Below are positions 38,956 to 51,109 of a stretch of 64,000 nt of DNA, piece by piece; position 1 is the stretch's first letter; each line of letters starts with the position of its first letter. The stretch spans positions 179 through 64,178 of the forward strand of contig CAZYXN010000001.1 in assembly GCA_964651105.1 (NCBI GenBank). Reading direction: 5' to 3'. The notes under the pieces were generated by a model, which had not been told where the DNA came from, made no database searches, and saw nothing but the letters and a program-made list of their open reading frames with translations. The translations under genes and the position numbers were made by a program. Source of the DNA: an uncultured Muribaculum sp. Lineage in GTDB: Bacteria; Bacteroidota; Bacteroidia; Bacteroidales; Muribaculaceae.

Positions 38956-40047
38956 ATGAAAATCGTGGTTATCGGTACGAGGGGAATTCCCGGCATACAG
39001 GGCGGAGTTGAGACACACTGTGAAAATCTTTATCCAAGGATTGCCGCGATGGGACATGATGTGACAGTAATCCGTCGCTCATGCTATATAAATGACAGTA
39101 ACCGCCTTACGGAATATAAAGGAGTGAAGCTTATTGATGTGTACGCGCCTCGGAGAAAAAGTCTTGAGGCGATTGTCCATACTGCTCTTGCCGTGATACG
39201 TGCGAGGCGGCTGAATCCCGATATATTGCATATTCATGCGGTCGGCCCTTCACTTATGTCTCCATTTGCGAGATTGCTTGGATTGAAGGTGGTGATGACT
39301 AATCATGGGCCGGATTATGACAGGCAGAAATGGGGTTTTCTTGCGAAGGGCATGTTACGAACCGGCGAACGTTTTGGAACGAAATGGAGCAATAGGGTGA
39401 TTGTCATATCAAATGTCATTGCCGGCATTCTTAAAGAAAACTATGGGCGTACTGATGTCAATCTCATATACAATGGAGTATTGAAGCCGGCGAAATCCAG
39501 CTCGTTGGATTTTCTTGAGAAAAAGGGAATAATTCCGGACCGATATATATTGGCTGTGGGTCGTTTTGTTAAAGAAAAAGGTTTCCATGACCTGATTGCC
39601 GCATATCTAAAATTGAAACATGAGGATATTCAGCTTGTAATTGCCGGGGATGCAGACCATAATGACCAATATTCTGATGAGCTTAAACGACAGGCGGCCG
39701 ATGCCGGAGCGATTCTGACCGGATTTGTACGTGGCGAACAATTGAATCAGGTTCTTTCCAACGCGGCTCTGTTTGTTTTGCCGTCATATCATGAGGGTTT
39801 GCCTATCGCGTTGCTGGAGGCTATGAGTTATAATCTTGATGTTCTTGTAAGTGATATTCCTGCCAATCGTTTGCCGGAATTGAGATCCGAAGACTTTTTC
39901 AAAGTCGGGAATGTGGATGATTTGGCTCGCTCGCTTGAAAAGAAATTGAATGTTACGCAACATCGGGAATATGATTTAAGTCCATATGATTGGGATGTTA
40001 TAGCCCGACAAACCGTAAAGGTATATGAATCGGTTTTGGCTCATTGA
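38956..40047 (+). CDS. GT4-family glycosyltransferase
   Basis: IGTRGIPGIQGGVETHCE, VGRFVKEKG, PSYHEGLPIALLEAM. Confidence 0.93.
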   Translation: MKIVVIGTRGIPGIQGGVETHCENLYPRIAAMGHDVTVIRRSCYINDSNRLTEYKGVKLIDVYAPRRKSLEAIVHTALAVIRARRLNPDILHIHAVGPSLMSPFARLLGLKVVMTNHGPDYDRQKWGFLAKGMLRTGERFGTKWSNRVIVISNVIAGILKENYGRTDVNLIYNGVLKPAKSSSLDFLEKKGIIPDRYILAVGRFVKEKGFHDLIAAYLKLKHEDIQLVIAGDADHNDQYSDELKRQAADAGAILTGFVRGEQLNQVLSNAALFVLPSYHEGLPIALLEAMSYNLDVLVSDIPANRLPELRSEDFFKVGNVDDLARSLEKKLNVTQHREYDLSPYDWDVIARQTVKVYESVLAH

Positions 40048-40090
40048 AAACTTTTTCTTATATTTGTTATTACAAATAGTTGAAATTTTA

Positions 40091-40558
40091 ATGAAGCACT
40101 GTTTCCTGTTAATATTTCTGTCGGTTATATTAGCGTCATGCATGACAACTAATACTGTTGATGAAGCCAAAGACTACGCTATTCAGGCTATTGACAATAA
40201 GGATTATTCTTATGCCAAGCGTGTTTGTGACGAGCTTTATTCGACATCTCGTAATGATTCTGCTCCATCCCGGGTGCAGGCGCTTTGCGATTTGTCGTTA
40301 ATGTATATGAAAATAGCCGATGCGATAGATTATGATTCCAACATAGAGTGTGCGGTTAAATGTTATCGGGAAGCTTACCGGACAGATTCGGCCCGTGCTG
40401 CGGCATATTATGACAGCATCGCCGTCGACGATATGGCGCATTGGGCTCTTATGTCGTCAATTGTGAACCGTTCGTTGCAATCTGATGAATTGCATGATAT
40501 TGATGAGGACGAAATGAAATATGTTAATGAGGCAGACAGTACCGGTATAATTCCTTGA
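40091..40558 (+). CDS. Hypothetical lipoprotein (helical, TPR-like)
   Basis: Start MKHCFLLIFLSVILASC (lipobox); TATATTTG promoter motif at 40059-40066. Confidence 0.7.
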   Translation: MKHCFLLIFLSVILASCMTTNTVDEAKDYAIQAIDNKDYSYAKRVCDELYSTSRNDSAPSRVQALCDLSLMYMKIADAIDYDSNIECAVKCYREAYRTDSARAAAYYDSIAVDDMAHWALMSSIVNRSLQSDELHDIDEDEMKYVNEADSTGIIP

Positions 40559-40562
40559 TGAT

Positions 40563-40904
40563 ATGAAGACCAATGATTTTAAGTCGGCGATGGAGGCATT
40601 TCTGAAAAATAATCCCGATATCCCTGAAGGCGAGGTTATTGAAGAAGTCCCTGTGGTGAATGTCGACAATGATTTTCGTATGGATGTTGTGTTGGAAAAG
40701 AAGGGGCGTGCCGGAAAACAAGCTACCATTATATGCGGTTTCCAAGGTTCTGATGAAGCTTTGCTTGAACTTGCGTCAACACTTAAGAGAAAACTTGCTA
40801 CCGGAGGTTCCGCCCGTGGTGGTGAAATATTGATTCAGGGAGATCGTCGCAAAGAAGTCGTTGAAATATTGAAATCTTTAGGATTTAAAGCCCGTATAAT
40901 CTGA
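40563..40904 (+). CDS. Translation initiation factor SUI1/YciH homologue
   Basis: EKKGRAGKQAT, LKRKLATGGS and ILIQGD motifs. Confidence 0.9.
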   Translation: MKTNDFKSAMEAFLKNNPDIPEGEVIEEVPVVNVDNDFRMDVVLEKKGRAGKQATIICGFQGSDEALLELASTLKRKLATGGSARGGEILIQGDRRKEVVEILKSLGFKARII

Positions 40905-40905
40905 T

Positions 40906-43900
40906 ATGCTCCAGATTCATAAGGCCTCGGCCGGTTCCGGCAAGACTTTTACATTAACGTATAATTATATAAAGTTGCTCCTTGGGGAAAAGAATCTTCA
41001 GGGTTCCTATGTCTTGTCGGGGGAACGGAACAGGCATCGCGGTATTCTCGCAATTACGTTTACCAACAAAGCGACCGATGAAATGAAGCGGCGTATTGTG
41101 GCGCAACTTGCCGCTCTTGCGGGAATAACCGATAAAAAGAGTGATTATGCCGAGCGGTTATGCTTTGATTTCGGTTGCGATGAAGAGAAATTGCGCATCC
41201 ATTCCCGTGCGGCGTTGATTTCATTGCTTGCTGATTTCACTAATTTTAATGTCAGCACGATTGATTCATTTTTTCAGATAGTGCTTCGTACTTTTGCAAG
41301 AGAGGCTGAATTGACAGGAAATTATGATGTGGAGCTTGATGATAAAAGCGCTGTGTCGATAGGTGTCAATGAATTGTTGACTGTTCTGAATCGATTGTCA
41401 CGTGCTGAACTTAGGCAAAATCCGGAAAAGAAAGCTTTGGTAAGCTGGTTGACACGTTACATGAAGATGCGTATCGAAGAAGGTAAGACATTTAATGTGT
41501 TCAATCGCGGCTCTTCGTTGAATTCTGAGATTGTGAGATTCATGCAGGATGCTTTTTCTGAAGAATATCGATTGAATGCGTCGGTAATTGATGAATATCT
41601 TTCCGATTATGAACGTATTGTGCGATTCTCATCGTCATTAGCTGATGCCAAAAAGCGCAGAAGTGAATTATTTTCAGAATATGCTCGTGCAAAATACGCA
41701 GAATTACAGGCTTCAGGCGTTTTGGAATTCATGATTGCCCATCTTAGAAATAATATAGAGCGATGGGCTCAAGGCGTTATGAAGATTACTGATTATGCCT
41801 ATGTCTGTGTTGAGAATCCAGAAAAACGATTTAAAAAGAAATACACGTCATCGCTCGAGGTGGATGCGATTATCGATGACTTGCTTGATACGGCAGTGAA
41901 ATTCTTTGGCGACATGCTTTTATATAGCCGGCTGGAGAGCGAAATTTATAAACTTGGTCTCATAGGGGCAGTGAACCGTCAGGTCAATGAATTGCAGAAT
42001 GAAAACAATGCGATATTGCTTCGTGATACGTCAGATATACTTCGCCGAATAATAAGCGAAGATGAGGCTCCGTTTATATACGAACGTCTTGGAGTAAGGC
42101 TGAATCATTTTCTTATAGATGAGTTTCAGGACACGTCGCGGCTTCAGTGGGAAAATTTGAGCGCTCTTGTGAGAGAAAGTCTGTCAATCGGAAAAGATAA
42201 TCTGATTATCGGCGATGAGAAGCAATCGATATATCGTTTTCGGAATTCGGATCCGGATCTGTTGATGAAAGATGTGCCGGAGGAATTTTTTGGAAATATA
42301 GAGTTTCATGGCAATATTTCGGAAGAAAACACCAATTGGCGAAGCGCTTGTGAGATTGTGCAGTTTAACAATACTCTATTTTCATTGATTACTTCAGCTG
42401 TCGGCCTGGATGATGTGTATTCTAATGTTGTGCAAGGCATTGCCAAGACCGGACAGCCCGGTTATGTTGTCGCTTCGTCTTATGATGAGGAAGAAGAGTC
42501 TCTTGAACGTATGGTTACAGAGATAAAGCGTCAGCTGGCATCAGGGTATAGGCAGAGTGATATCACAGTTCTTACTGCAACCAGAAATGAAGGCGCCCGT
42601 GTTGTTGATCATTTGTTGAAATGTAAGATAACTGATTCCGAGCTTGCTTCGTTGCAGGTAATGTCGGAAGATTCGCTGGTAATAGGAAAAGCTTATTCGG
42701 TGCAACTTATAGTTGTTGTGATGAAATTCATTGATTCATCCCGAGGTGTTTCTTTGGCGGAATCGGATAAATCGTCTTTAACAGTTGAAGAATTTGAAAA
42801 ACGCTTCCGTTATTATTGTGCGAAAGGATTGAGTCATGCTGATGCTATTGCATCAGCATTTGTGAATGATATCGGTATTTCTGAGATTATGTCTGATGCT
42901 GCCGATATGGAATGTCTCAGTCTGCCGTCGTTGGTGGAACGTATTATCTGCCGTTGCATATCTCATGAATTGCGGAGTTCTGAAAATGTATATCTTAGTG
43001 CGTTTCAGGATAAGGTTATAGATTTTTGTGAACGCCCTGGAGCCGATTTGCGATCTTTTATTGAGTGGTGGAATGAATCGGGATATCGTAGCACCCTTGA
43101 TGCTCCTACTGAAGTCAATGCTTTGCGGGTCATGACAATTCATAAATCCAAGGGGCTTGAGTTTCAATGTGTGCATATCCCTTTTGTCGATTGGACGTTG
43201 GGACAAGGGAAACGTCTGATATGGTTCGACCTGACAGAAGATGAAGGAAAGATGGCGTGGAATCCGTTTGATACGCGTTTTTTTGCAAAGGAGGATATTC
43301 CGCCTTTTATACCGCTTAATATATCTAAAGAACTTTCCACAACCGCATTGTCGCCGCAGTATGACGAGTGTTGCCGTAAGGAATGGGTAGATACGATGAA
43401 CCGCGCCTATGTGGCTTTCACACGAGCCGTTAGAGAATTGGTTATCGGATATAAGAAGCCGTCTTCGTCAGGAAAATCGATAACTGTCTCGGCATTGATG
43501 GAAGACGCGTTTAACCGTGCCGATTATGCATGGGTGCAGACCGTGGCTCCGCATGAGGCAACGTTAGGTGTGCTTAAGGATGCGTTTGTCGACGGGGTGT
43601 TATGTTTTGGGAAACCGACAATGCCTGTTAAAAAAAATGATGATAACGACGTGATTGCCGTTCCCGATTATTATACCTATGATAACAACCATATATGGGA
43701 TATGAGTTGTATTGAAGATATCGCAGATATGTCGCGGCCGAGACAGAAGGGAATTGTTTTGCATGGAATCATGAGCCGTATACGTGATTTGTCAGACATA
43801 CATCGCGCCGTATGCCGTGCGGTGGTCAATGGCAACCTGCCGGAAGAAGATGCTGAAGATTGTGAATCTTTTCTTACCGAAGCGATAGGTTCTGACGATG

Positions 43901-44175
43901 TTAAACCATGGTTCTCCAATGTCGTTAGAGTATTGAACGAGCGGCCTTTTATAATAATGGATAAGGATGGTTCAAAAAGATATCGTCCCGATAGAGTTGT
44001 GTGGACTGAATCGGGAACGATAGATATAATTGATTTTAAATTTGGAGAAGAGGAACCTAAAAAATATTTCTATCAGGTTAGGCGTTATATGAAGCATCTT
44101 TCCTCGATGTTTCCGGAAATGCCGGTAAATGGATATCTTTGGTATCCCTTGGAAAGCAAGATAATTCGAGTTTAA
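40906..44175 (+). CDS. UvrD/AddA-like helicase with a C-terminal PD-(D/E)XK nuclease
   Basis: [54 protein letters not shown]; nuclease motif RPDRV...IIDFKFG...QVRRY. Confidence 0.92.
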   Translation: MLQIHKASAGSGKTFTLTYNYIKLLLGEKNLQGSYVLSGERNRHRGILAITFTNKATDEMKRRIVAQLAALAGITDKKSDYAERLCFDFGCDEEKLRIHSRAALISLLADFTNFNVSTIDSFFQIVLRTFAREAELTGNYDVELDDKSAVSIGVNELLTVLNRLSRAELRQNPEKKALVSWLTRYMKMRIEEGKTFNVFNRGSSLNSEIVRFMQDAFSEEYRLNASVIDEYLSDYERIVRFSSSLADAKKRRSELFSEYARAKYAELQASGVLEFMIAHLRNNIERWAQGVMKITDYAYVCVENPEKRFKKKYTSSLEVDAIIDDLLDTAVKFFGDMLLYSRLESEIYKLGLIGAVNRQVNELQNENNAILLRDTSDILRRIISEDEAPFIYERLGVRLNHFLIDEFQDTSRLQWENLSALVRESLSIGKDNLIIGDEKQSIYRFRNSDPDLLMKDVPEEFFGNIEFHGNISEENTNWRSACEIVQFNNTLFSLITSAVGLDDVYSNVVQGIAKTGQPGYVVASSYDEEEESLERMVTEIKRQLASGYRQSDITVLTATRNEGARVVDHLLKCKITDSELASLQVMSEDSLVIGKAYSVQLIVVVMKFIDSSRGVSLAESDKSSLTVEEFEKRFRYYCAKGLSHADAIASAFVNDIGISEIMSDAADMECLSLPSLVERIICRCISHELRSSENVYLSAFQDKVIDFCERPGADLRSFIEWWNESGYRSTLDAPTEVNALRVMTIHKSKGLEFQCVHIPFVDWTLGQGKRLIWFDLTEDEGKMAWNPFDTRFFAKEDIPPFIPLNISKELSTTALSPQYDECCRKEWVDTMNRAYVAFTRAVRELVIGYKKPSSSGKSITVSALMEDAFNRADYAWVQTVAPHEATLGVLKDAFVDGVLCFGKPTMPVKKNDDNDVIAVPDYYTYDNNHIWDMSCIEDIADMSRPRQKGIVLHGIMSRIRDLSDIHRAVCRAVVNGNLPEEDAEDCESFLTEAIGSDDVKPWFSNVVRVLNERPFIIMDKDGSKRYRPDRVVWTESGTIDIIDFKFGEEEPKKYFYQVRRYMKHLSSMFPEMPVNGYLWYPLESKIIRV

Positions 44176-47100
44176 ATACTTCCGGTATTGCTACTTGGCG
44201 GCACGTTATCCACATCTTTGAACACTTTTGAGAGTACATTTTCTTGCAACCGCTGCATAAGTTCCCAGAAGTTGGGCACAAACAATGTTCCAATAACGGC
44301 ATTAAGCAACATGCCGAATACGACAGCGGTACCAAGTGAGACGCGGCTTTCGGCACCTGCTCCGGTTGCAAACATCATCGGCATTACTCCAAATATAAAT
44401 GCGAGAGCGGTCATCATAATAGGTCGGAACCTTATAACTCCGGCATCGAGGGCCGAGGTTGTCAGCGGAGTGCCTGACTTACGGAAATAAGTGGCGTATT
44501 CGACAATAAGGATGGCATTCTTTGCCGATAATCCGAGTAAAAGAATAAGTCCGATCTGGGTGTATATGCTTATACTTTGTCCCATTAATATGCAGCCGAG
44601 GACGGTGCCGAGGATAGCTACTGGCATTGACAATACCACAGCAATAGGATCAGTCCAGCTTTCATATTGAGCCGCAAGGACGAGGAGAGTCATTATTATC
44701 GCGAATATGAATACAACCGAAATGGTGGTGCCGGATTGGGTTTCTTGATACGCTTCGCCTGTCCATGCGTATGAATAATTGTTCCCCAATGTGCGCGTGA
44801 ATAGATTTTCCATAGCTTTTATACCGTCGCTTGAGCTTACTCCGTCGGCGAGATTGGCTGTGAGGGATGCAGCGCCATACATGTTGTAGCGAGAGGAGGT
44901 AGGTTCTCCCATTGTCGGCTCGATAGTCGTGAATGCCGAGAATGGAACCATGGCTCCGGCCGAGTTACGGACGCTGAGTTTAATCACATCCTCTATGTTT
45001 CCGCGTGCCGAGTCATCGCCCATAAGTGTCACTTGATATACTCTCCCGAAATCATTGAAGTCATTGACATAATTTCCTCCCATATATGCTGAAAGGGTTG
45101 AGAATATGTCGCTCATTTCAAGACCCTGGAGTTTTGCTTTGTTACGATCTATGTTGAGGCTGTATTGGGGGACGGTGCCCTGAAATAAAGAGGTGACGGA
45201 CTTTATTTTAGGCTCATCCTTGACTGCTTCCCTAATGCTTTCAATAGCTTTTTTTAATTCGGCGGCTCCATGATTGTTGATATCAAGCACCATCATTTCA
45301 AGTCCGGATGACATTCCAAGCCCCGGAATTGATGACGGATTGACGGAAAAGGTCACCGCTTCCTGATATTTGGCTGCGATTGTGTTGACGCTGTCGATTA
45401 GAGCAAATACGCTTTGTCCTTTTTTTGTACGTTCTTTCCATGGCTTTAAAACGACCATTAGCGTGCCCATGTTTGATGACGCTCCTCCTCCCATCATCGA
45501 GAATCCTGAAATTGCCATGACATCTGATATTTCAGGCAAACGTTTCCTCATTTCGTCTGACAGTCCGTTGACTATTTTTTCTGTGCGTTCGAGCGATGCT
45601 CCCTGAGGTAGTTGCACTGACGTGATAAAATAGCCTTGGTCTTCTTGCGGTACGTAACTTGTCGGCCACTTAATGAATGCGAAAATACCGATAAGCGCTA
45701 TCGCCAGGAATACAGTAAGTGAAATACCGGCATGATTAAGCATGTGGCTTACGCATTTCTTATAAAAATTTTCAGTTGCCGTGTAGCAGGTATTGAATAT
45801 CCGGTATACAGGGTTCTTGGTATTTTTATTACGCGGAGTGAGGAAAAGAGCGCACATCGCCGGAGTGAATGTCAATGCGTTGAATCCCGAAAACGCGGTC
45901 GATACGGCTATGGTAAGAGCGAATTGTTTATATAGCTGTCCCGTAATTCCACTAACAAATGCCGTTGGAATGAAGACCGACAGCAATACAAGCACTTCCC
46001 CGATAACAGGACCGGTCAATTCCTGCATAGCTTTTTCTGCGGCTTGCCGGCGCGACAATTTTCCGGTATCGACAAGCCGGGCACAGTCTTCAACCACGAC
46101 AATGGCATCGTCCACGACTATTGCAATCGCCAGGACAAGTCCGAACAACGTCAGCGTGTTTATTGTGAATCCCATTATTTTCATTATCGCGAACGTTGCG
46201 ATAAGCGACACCGGAATAGTGAGCATCGGTATGACTACCGCTCTCCAGTTTTGTAAGAACAAAAGAATTACGATAAGTACGATTAAAGATGTCTCGACAA
46301 AAGTGGTCAGCACTTCGTCGATTGACGCTGTAACGTAGTCCGAGGTGTCGAGAACCACTCGGTATTTTACTCCTGGAGGAAAATATTGGCTTAGGCGTTC
46401 CAGTTCCGCTCTGGCTCCTTTTGACACTTCGAGCGCGTTGGCTCCTGGAAGTTGTCTCACTCCCAGCAGTGCCGCCTGATTTCCTGATACGAGAGTGTTG
46501 GCGATATAAGATATGCTTCCAAGATCGACTTTAGCGACATCTTTCAGACGCAATATGCCATTGCCGTCACTGCGGATGATGATATTGGCAAATTCTTCGG
46601 CTTTTGAGAGCTCTCCTTGAGACACGATGGTAAACTCGAAAGCTCCTCCGGTAGGGTTAGGCGCGGCTCCGACTTCTCCGGCCGAAACTTGCATATTCTG
46701 TGATTGTATGGCGGCTCTGACATCGGCAGGTGTCACACCTCTGGCCCTCATAAGTTCAGGATCAAGCCATACACGCATACTGTAGTCGCCTCCGCCAAAT
46801 GCTTCAACACCGCCTACTCCTTTTACTCGTGACAGTGAGTTTACAAGATTAATATTTGCGTAGTTAGTAAGATATAGCGCGTCATATCTTCCCGAGCTGT
46901 CACCTTCGAGAGTGCAGAAAAGCACGTTGTTGGTCGATTCTTTATTGACAGTTATTCCCTGTTCCTTTACTGCGGTAGGTAGTGTGGTCTCGGCGGCGTT
47001 CAGTCTGTTTTGCACATTTATGGCTGCCTGGTCTATATCTGTCCCCTGCTCAAAGGTTATGGTCAGGTTATAACTGCCGTCAGATCCTGAATTTGAACTC

Positions 47101-47336
47101 ATGTAGAGCATGTCTTCCACGCCGTTTACTTGCTCTTCGATAGGAACTCCTACTGTCTGAGCCACAGTTTTTGCGTCGGCTCCTGGATAGTTGGCCATTA
47201 CGCTTATGGTTGGTGGCGTGATGTCGGGATATTGAGCTACTGGGAGAGTGTGTATTGTGATGAGGCCGGCAAAGACCATGATAATCGCCAGTACAGTGGC
47301 GAATATCGGCCGGTCTATGAAATATTTTGAAAACAT
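44172..47336 (-). CDS. RND efflux permease (HAE1/AcrB-like)
   Basis: FIDRPIFA start, [23 protein letters not shown] and RFRPIMMT proton-relay motifs. Confidence 0.96.
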   Translation of the reverse strand: MFSKYFIDRPIFATVLAIIMVFAGLITIHTLPVAQYPDITPPTISVMANYPGADAKTVAQTVGVPIEEQVNGVEDMLYMSSNSGSDGSYNLTITFEQGTDIDQAAINVQNRLNAAETTLPTAVKEQGITVNKESTNNVLFCTLEGDSSGRYDALYLTNYANINLVNSLSRVKGVGGVEAFGGGDYSMRVWLDPELMRARGVTPADVRAAIQSQNMQVSAGEVGAAPNPTGGAFEFTIVSQGELSKAEEFANIIIRSDGNGILRLKDVAKVDLGSISYIANTLVSGNQAALLGVRQLPGANALEVSKGARAELERLSQYFPPGVKYRVVLDTSDYVTASIDEVLTTFVETSLIVLIVILLFLQNWRAVVIPMLTIPVSLIATFAIMKIMGFTINTLTLFGLVLAIAIVVDDAIVVVEDCARLVDTGKLSRRQAAEKAMQELTGPVIGEVLVLLSVFIPTAFVSGITGQLYKQFALTIAVSTAFSGFNALTFTPAMCALFLTPRNKNTKNPVYRIFNTCYTATENFYKKCVSHMLNHAGISLTVFLAIALIGIFAFIKWPTSYVPQEDQGYFITSVQLPQGASLERTEKIVNGLSDEMRKRLPEISDVMAISGFSMMGGGASSNMGTLMVVLKPWKERTKKGQSVFALIDSVNTIAAKYQEAVTFSVNPSSIPGLGMSSGLEMMVLDINNHGAAELKKAIESIREAVKDEPKIKSVTSLFQGTVPQYSLNIDRNKAKLQGLEMSDIFSTLSAYMGGNYVNDFNDFGRVYQVTLMGDDSARGNIEDVIKLSVRNSAGAMVPFSAFTTIEPTMGEPTSSRYNMYGAASLTANLADGVSSSDGIKAMENLFTRTLGNNYSYAWTGEAYQETQSGTTISVVFIFAIIMTLLVLAAQYESWTDPIAVVLSMPVAILGTVLGCILMGQSISIYTQIGLILLLGLSAKNAILIVEYATYFRKSGTPLTTSALDAGVIRFRPIMMTALAFIFGVMPMMFATGAGAESRVSLGTAVVFGMLLNAVIGTLFVPNFWELMQRLQENVLSKVFKDVDNVPPSSNTGSI

Positions 47337-47370
47337 GATCGAATGGATGTGGAAATTAAACAATACCGAG

Positions 47371-48504
47371 TTATTTGATTTCTATCGGCTTTATTGTCAT
47401 TCCGTCGCGTACTTTCAGCAACGCTGATGTGACATATCTGGAGTTCGGGCCGATACCTTCGGTGATGACACGCAAGGAGTCGTTGTATAAATCTCCGGTT
47501 TTAATCGGGGTATATACTATTTTGTCTGAGTCATTGACAACATATAAATATTTGCCGAGTTGATCAGTGCCTATTGAAGAGTCTTTGACGAGAATCGCTT
47601 TTGCGTTTTCACCGAATGGCATGTGTACATTTGTATACATGCCGTCTTTTATTTCTCCATATGGATTCTCCACATTTATTTTGATAGTGAGAGTTCCCGT
47701 GGACTTGTCGACGCTTGGGGATTGGTAGCCCAACTGTCCGGAATAGTGATGTGCAAGCGGTTCGGTGAATGATAGCGGGATGCTGTCATATAAGCGATGG
47801 CCTATGGGGGTTTTTATTTCTCCCATTATTTTTTCGTATTGTTTTTCCTCTATAGCGAAAACAATCACTACTTTGGAATCGTCATAGATGGTCGCCAGCA
47901 CATATGGGCTTCCTTCTCCGTTTATATAGTTTCCGACATCGGTTGTGCCGCTGTTAATGTGTCCGGTGTATGGCGCTCTTACCGTGCAGTATGCCAGATT
48001 GGTTCGTGCTGTATTGAGTGCGGCTTTGGCGGTTTTTATCGCGGCTTGTGCATTTTCCATGTTTGTGCGTGCCTGTATGACCTCTATTTGTGCCACCGCG
48101 TCGCTTTCAAGAGCTTTTTTCATGGCGGTATATTGATTGGAAGCGTATTGGTAGTCGCTTTCGGCTTTGCTTAAAGCGGCTTCCGCCTGATTTACAGCAT
48201 CGACATAGTTTGTTGACTCGATTGTGAAAAGCCTTTGCCCTTTTTTCACAAAATCTCCCCCCGAATAATCTTTGGTGAGCAGCGTTCCATTGACTCTGCC
48301 CACCACATTTGCCGTGTTCCATGCATATGCATATCCCGGATAGGTTTTGTATAATACGATTGAATCTACAACCGGAGTGGTTACATAGATTTCAGGCAAT
48401 TCACCTGTTGTTGTGTTGCTCTTTTTGTCTGAACATCCATTAATGCTAAAAATTAGTGATGCGGCAATAACATAGCGATATAGTCTGGAAGTAATCATAT
48501 TCAT
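47371..48504 (-). CDS. RND periplasmic adaptor (MFP) lipoprotein
   Basis: Lipobox [23 protein letters not shown] and STGTLTIK motifs. Confidence 0.93.
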   Translation of the reverse strand: MNMITSRLYRYVIAASLIFSINGCSDKKSNTTTGELPEIYVTTPVVDSIVLYKTYPGYAYAWNTANVVGRVNGTLLTKDYSGGDFVKKGQRLFTIESTNYVDAVNQAEAALSKAESDYQYASNQYTAMKKALESDAVAQIEVIQARTNMENAQAAIKTAKAALNTARTNLAYCTVRAPYTGHINSGTTDVGNYINGEGSPYVLATIYDDSKVVIVFAIEEKQYEKIMGEIKTPIGHRLYDSIPLSFTEPLAHHYSGQLGYQSPSVDKSTGTLTIKINVENPYGEIKDGMYTNVHMPFGENAKAILVKDSSIGTDQLGKYLYVVNDSDKIVYTPIKTGDLYNDSLRVITEGIGPNSRYVTSALLKVRDGMTIKPIEIK

Positions 48505-48525
48505 GAGATTTTAACGGTGACTAAA

Positions 48526-49941
48526 TTAATTTAAGGCCCATCCTCCCCCAAGTGCCTCATAGAGGGCTATCAGGGCTGTAAGCGCCTTTCCTTTTGATTC
48601 GATTATAGAGTTTTGGTAGGCTAAATAATTAAGCTGTGCCGTCACGACATCTGTAAATGGGTTCAGGCCCTTTTTGTATAAATCGAGTGAGAGATCGAGC
48701 GACTGTCGGCTGTTGTCAATCACATCATTAAGTATTGATATGTTTTGAAGTGTGGCTGTGTATGATAAAATCGCATTGTCTACTTCCTCCACAGCGTTCA
48801 TTACGGTAAAATTATAATTGTCTATGCCAATTTCCATCTGTTCACGTGCTGATATTACATTCGCTCTTCTGGCGAGTCCGTCAAATACAGTCCAGCTGAG
48901 AGTCGGAGCAAGTGTATAGGTGAATGTCTGTTTTTTGAAAAGGTCGCCGACATCGTGTGAGGCTGTGCCTATTGAGGCATTGAGCGACAATGCGGGAAGA
49001 AAATCCTTTTTGGCGATGCCGAGTTGAGCCGCATATTGCGCGAGCTGAAATTCGGCTTCAACAATGTCGGGTCTGCGTCTCAACAATTGTGTCGGTACGC
49101 CGATAGGTACAATTTGCCGGTAATCCGGGAGCTGTTGCGGGGTTTTTAAACGTGAATAAATGGAATCAGGATATACGCCTGTCAGAATTGCAATAGAGTT
49201 GATAGTGGTGCGGATTGCCGATTCAAGTCCAGGAACCGATGCTTGAGTGGAATAATAGACGACTTTTGCTTGAGCCACGTCGAGCATCGACGCAAGTCCC
49301 GCTTCGTGGCGCGCCTCTGTAATTTTGACTATTTTGCCTTGTGAAGCTATGTGTTCCATTGCCACCTGATGTTCCGCCTGATACATTCGGAGTGTTATAT
49401 AGGATTTGGCGATGTTGGCGCATAAGGCTGTCATTACCGCCGCATATTCTGCCTTAGTTGCATCATATGCAGCTTTGCTCGCTTTGGCTTTAGCTGTGAT
49501 TTTACCAAAGATGTCAATCTCCCAGTTCATATTGAGGCCGAGTGAAAAATAATCGGATGTAGTCGCATCCGCTAATTCGGCGCCCATGCCTCCCGAGGAA
49601 CGTGTTTTCTGCCATCCTGCGTTAAGTCCTACGGATGGCATATACCCTGCACGCGCGCTGTTGACAGCCTGTGCGGCCATATTGATGCGATGTGCGGCTG
49701 TCAATACATTATAATTATTGGCAATGCCTTCGGCTATCAGTGAATCAAGGCATGAATCCTCAAATGTTTTCCACCAGTAATCGTCAGTAGGTATATCTTG
49801 TGAAAAATATTCCGTATACGACCAATTTTCAGGAATCTCTTTGTCAAGATATTTCCCGATTTTGTCATTGGTCGCATTCAAGCTTGACGAGCATAACAAT
49901 GATGTGGTGAAAAATATGCAACTTATAGGTATGAATCTCAT
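48526..49941 (-). CDS. Outer-membrane efflux channel (TolC/OprM-like)
   Basis: WWKTFEDSCLDSLI, NWEIDIFG, LLRRRPDIVEAE, LYEALGGGW. Confidence 0.95.
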   Translation of the reverse strand: MRFIPISCIFFTTSLLCSSSLNATNDKIGKYLDKEIPENWSYTEYFSQDIPTDDYWWKTFEDSCLDSLIAEGIANNYNVLTAAHRINMAAQAVNSARAGYMPSVGLNAGWQKTRSSGGMGAELADATTSDYFSLGLNMNWEIDIFGKITAKAKASKAAYDATKAEYAAVMTALCANIAKSYITLRMYQAEHQVAMEHIASQGKIVKITEARHEAGLASMLDVAQAKVVYYSTQASVPGLESAIRTTINSIAILTGVYPDSIYSRLKTPQQLPDYRQIVPIGVPTQLLRRRPDIVEAEFQLAQYAAQLGIAKKDFLPALSLNASIGTASHDVGDLFKKQTFTYTLAPTLSWTVFDGLARRANVISAREQMEIGIDNYNFTVMNAVEEVDNAILSYTATLQNISILNDVIDNSRQSLDLSLDLYKKGLNPFTDVVTAQLNYLAYQNSIIESKGKALTALIALYEALGGGWALN

Positions 49942-50046
49942 AAATAAAGAGCTTTTAGTTTAATTATAACCGTGCTGTTTTAAATTCGGTTTGTATTCGA
50001 TATTTTTATTTAACTAATATTAACTGGCCTCCTCATGTGATTGAGT

Positions 50047-50054
50047 TAACTTTG
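50047..50054 (+). promoter_or_regulatory. -7 element 5 nt before the acyltransferase start codon
   Basis: TAACTTTG-TAATT-ATG. Confidence 0.6.
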
Positions 50055-50059
50055 TAATT

Positions 50060-51109
50060 ATGGATAATAGCTCTCGCCATCACATTCAATCGCTTCATTC
50101 TTTGAGATTTATTTTTATATTTCTCATATTTATTTCTCATTTTTCATGGAATGACAGCGGGTATTGGGATTTTGGGGGTGATTGTGGAGTATGTTTTTTC
50201 TTCATGCTTAGTGGATTTGTACTTTCTCTTCCGGAACAATCCGTGACTAATTACAGAGATTTCGTTGTAAAACGGTTGAAAAAGATTTATCCTGCCCATC
50301 TGTTGGCTCTCCTTGTCGCATTCATCGCTATCCCGTGGGGATTCAATATCTATTCGACTGCTGCGTCCATTTTTCTTTTGCAAAGCTGGGTCCCCTCAAG
50401 AGAGATTTATTTTGGAGCTAACGGTGTGGCATGGTTTCTGAGCGATATACTAGTGTTTTATCTCGTATTCCCTTGGCTCAAAGGTTTTTTATTTGAAATC
50501 AGATGGAAGCATGTGATAATTTTTTTTGCTTTTGCTATCTCTCTCTATTTCTGCGCGCTTCTTCCATATGTGCCAGAAGAGAAAGTTAACTGGATCCTTT
50601 ATGTCTTTCCTCCTGTGAGGCTGCTCGATTTTCTTTATGGTATTCTCCTTGCGAGACTTTATAAATACATTTTGCGGTCAGGTGTTAGAGTATCATCATT
50701 ATTTGCAAGCGTGTTGGAATTTGGCTCGTTAGTTTTGTTGTGTGTCACGTTGGTCGTATATTCCCATGTGTCACAGCGGTATGCCGTTGCTTCTCTGTTT
50801 TGGATTCCTTGCGGGGCTGTGATATTGGCGTTTGCGATCGGTGATTCTTATTCGGGAATTTTGAGCCGTTTTTTAGGGACGAAGATATTATTTTGGCTTG
50901 GAGCCATATCTTTTGAGTTTTATCTGATTCATGTGTCGGTGATACAGATGGCTTCCAGGATTGTCGGAAAATATTCCATAGAATTGCCGTATGCGATAAC
51001 TTTTTCAATAGTCCTGGCTTTTTCTGTTATTGCTGCTGCCGCTTTGCACAGTATAATTTCCGGGAAAGTGGGTGTTAAATATAATAAAATTTTGAAAGAC
51101 AGGTTATGA
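50060..51109 (+). CDS. Acyltransferase-3 (OafA-like) membrane O-acyltransferase
   Basis: SLHSLRF, FFMLSGFVL, RLKKIYP, AWFLS, GAISFEFYLIH; about 10 TM segments. Confidence 0.92.
   Translation: MDNSSRHHIQSLHSLRFIFIFLIFISHFSWNDSGYWDFGGDCGVCFFFMLSGFVLSLPEQSVTNYRDFVVKRLKKIYPAHLLALLVAFIAIPWGFNIYSTAASIFLLQSWVPSREIYFGANGVAWFLSDILVFYLVFPWLKGFLFEIRWKHVIIFFAFAISLYFCALLPYVPEEKVNWILYVFPPVRLLDFLYGILLARLYKYILRSGVRVSSLFASVLEFGSLVLLCVTLVVYSHVSQRYAVASLFWIPCGAVILAFAIGDSYSGILSRFLGTKILFWLGAISFEFYLIHVSVIQMASRIVGKYSIELPYAITFSIVLAFSVIAAAALHSIISGKVGVKYNKILKDRL

Noticed and set aside
38386-39057. 223-aa antisense ORF, and similar shadow ORFs such as 538-1119, 6852-7475 and 45793-46338
   Set aside because: They lie fully opposite well-supported genes, have no recognisable motifs, and are the expected by-product of codon structure.
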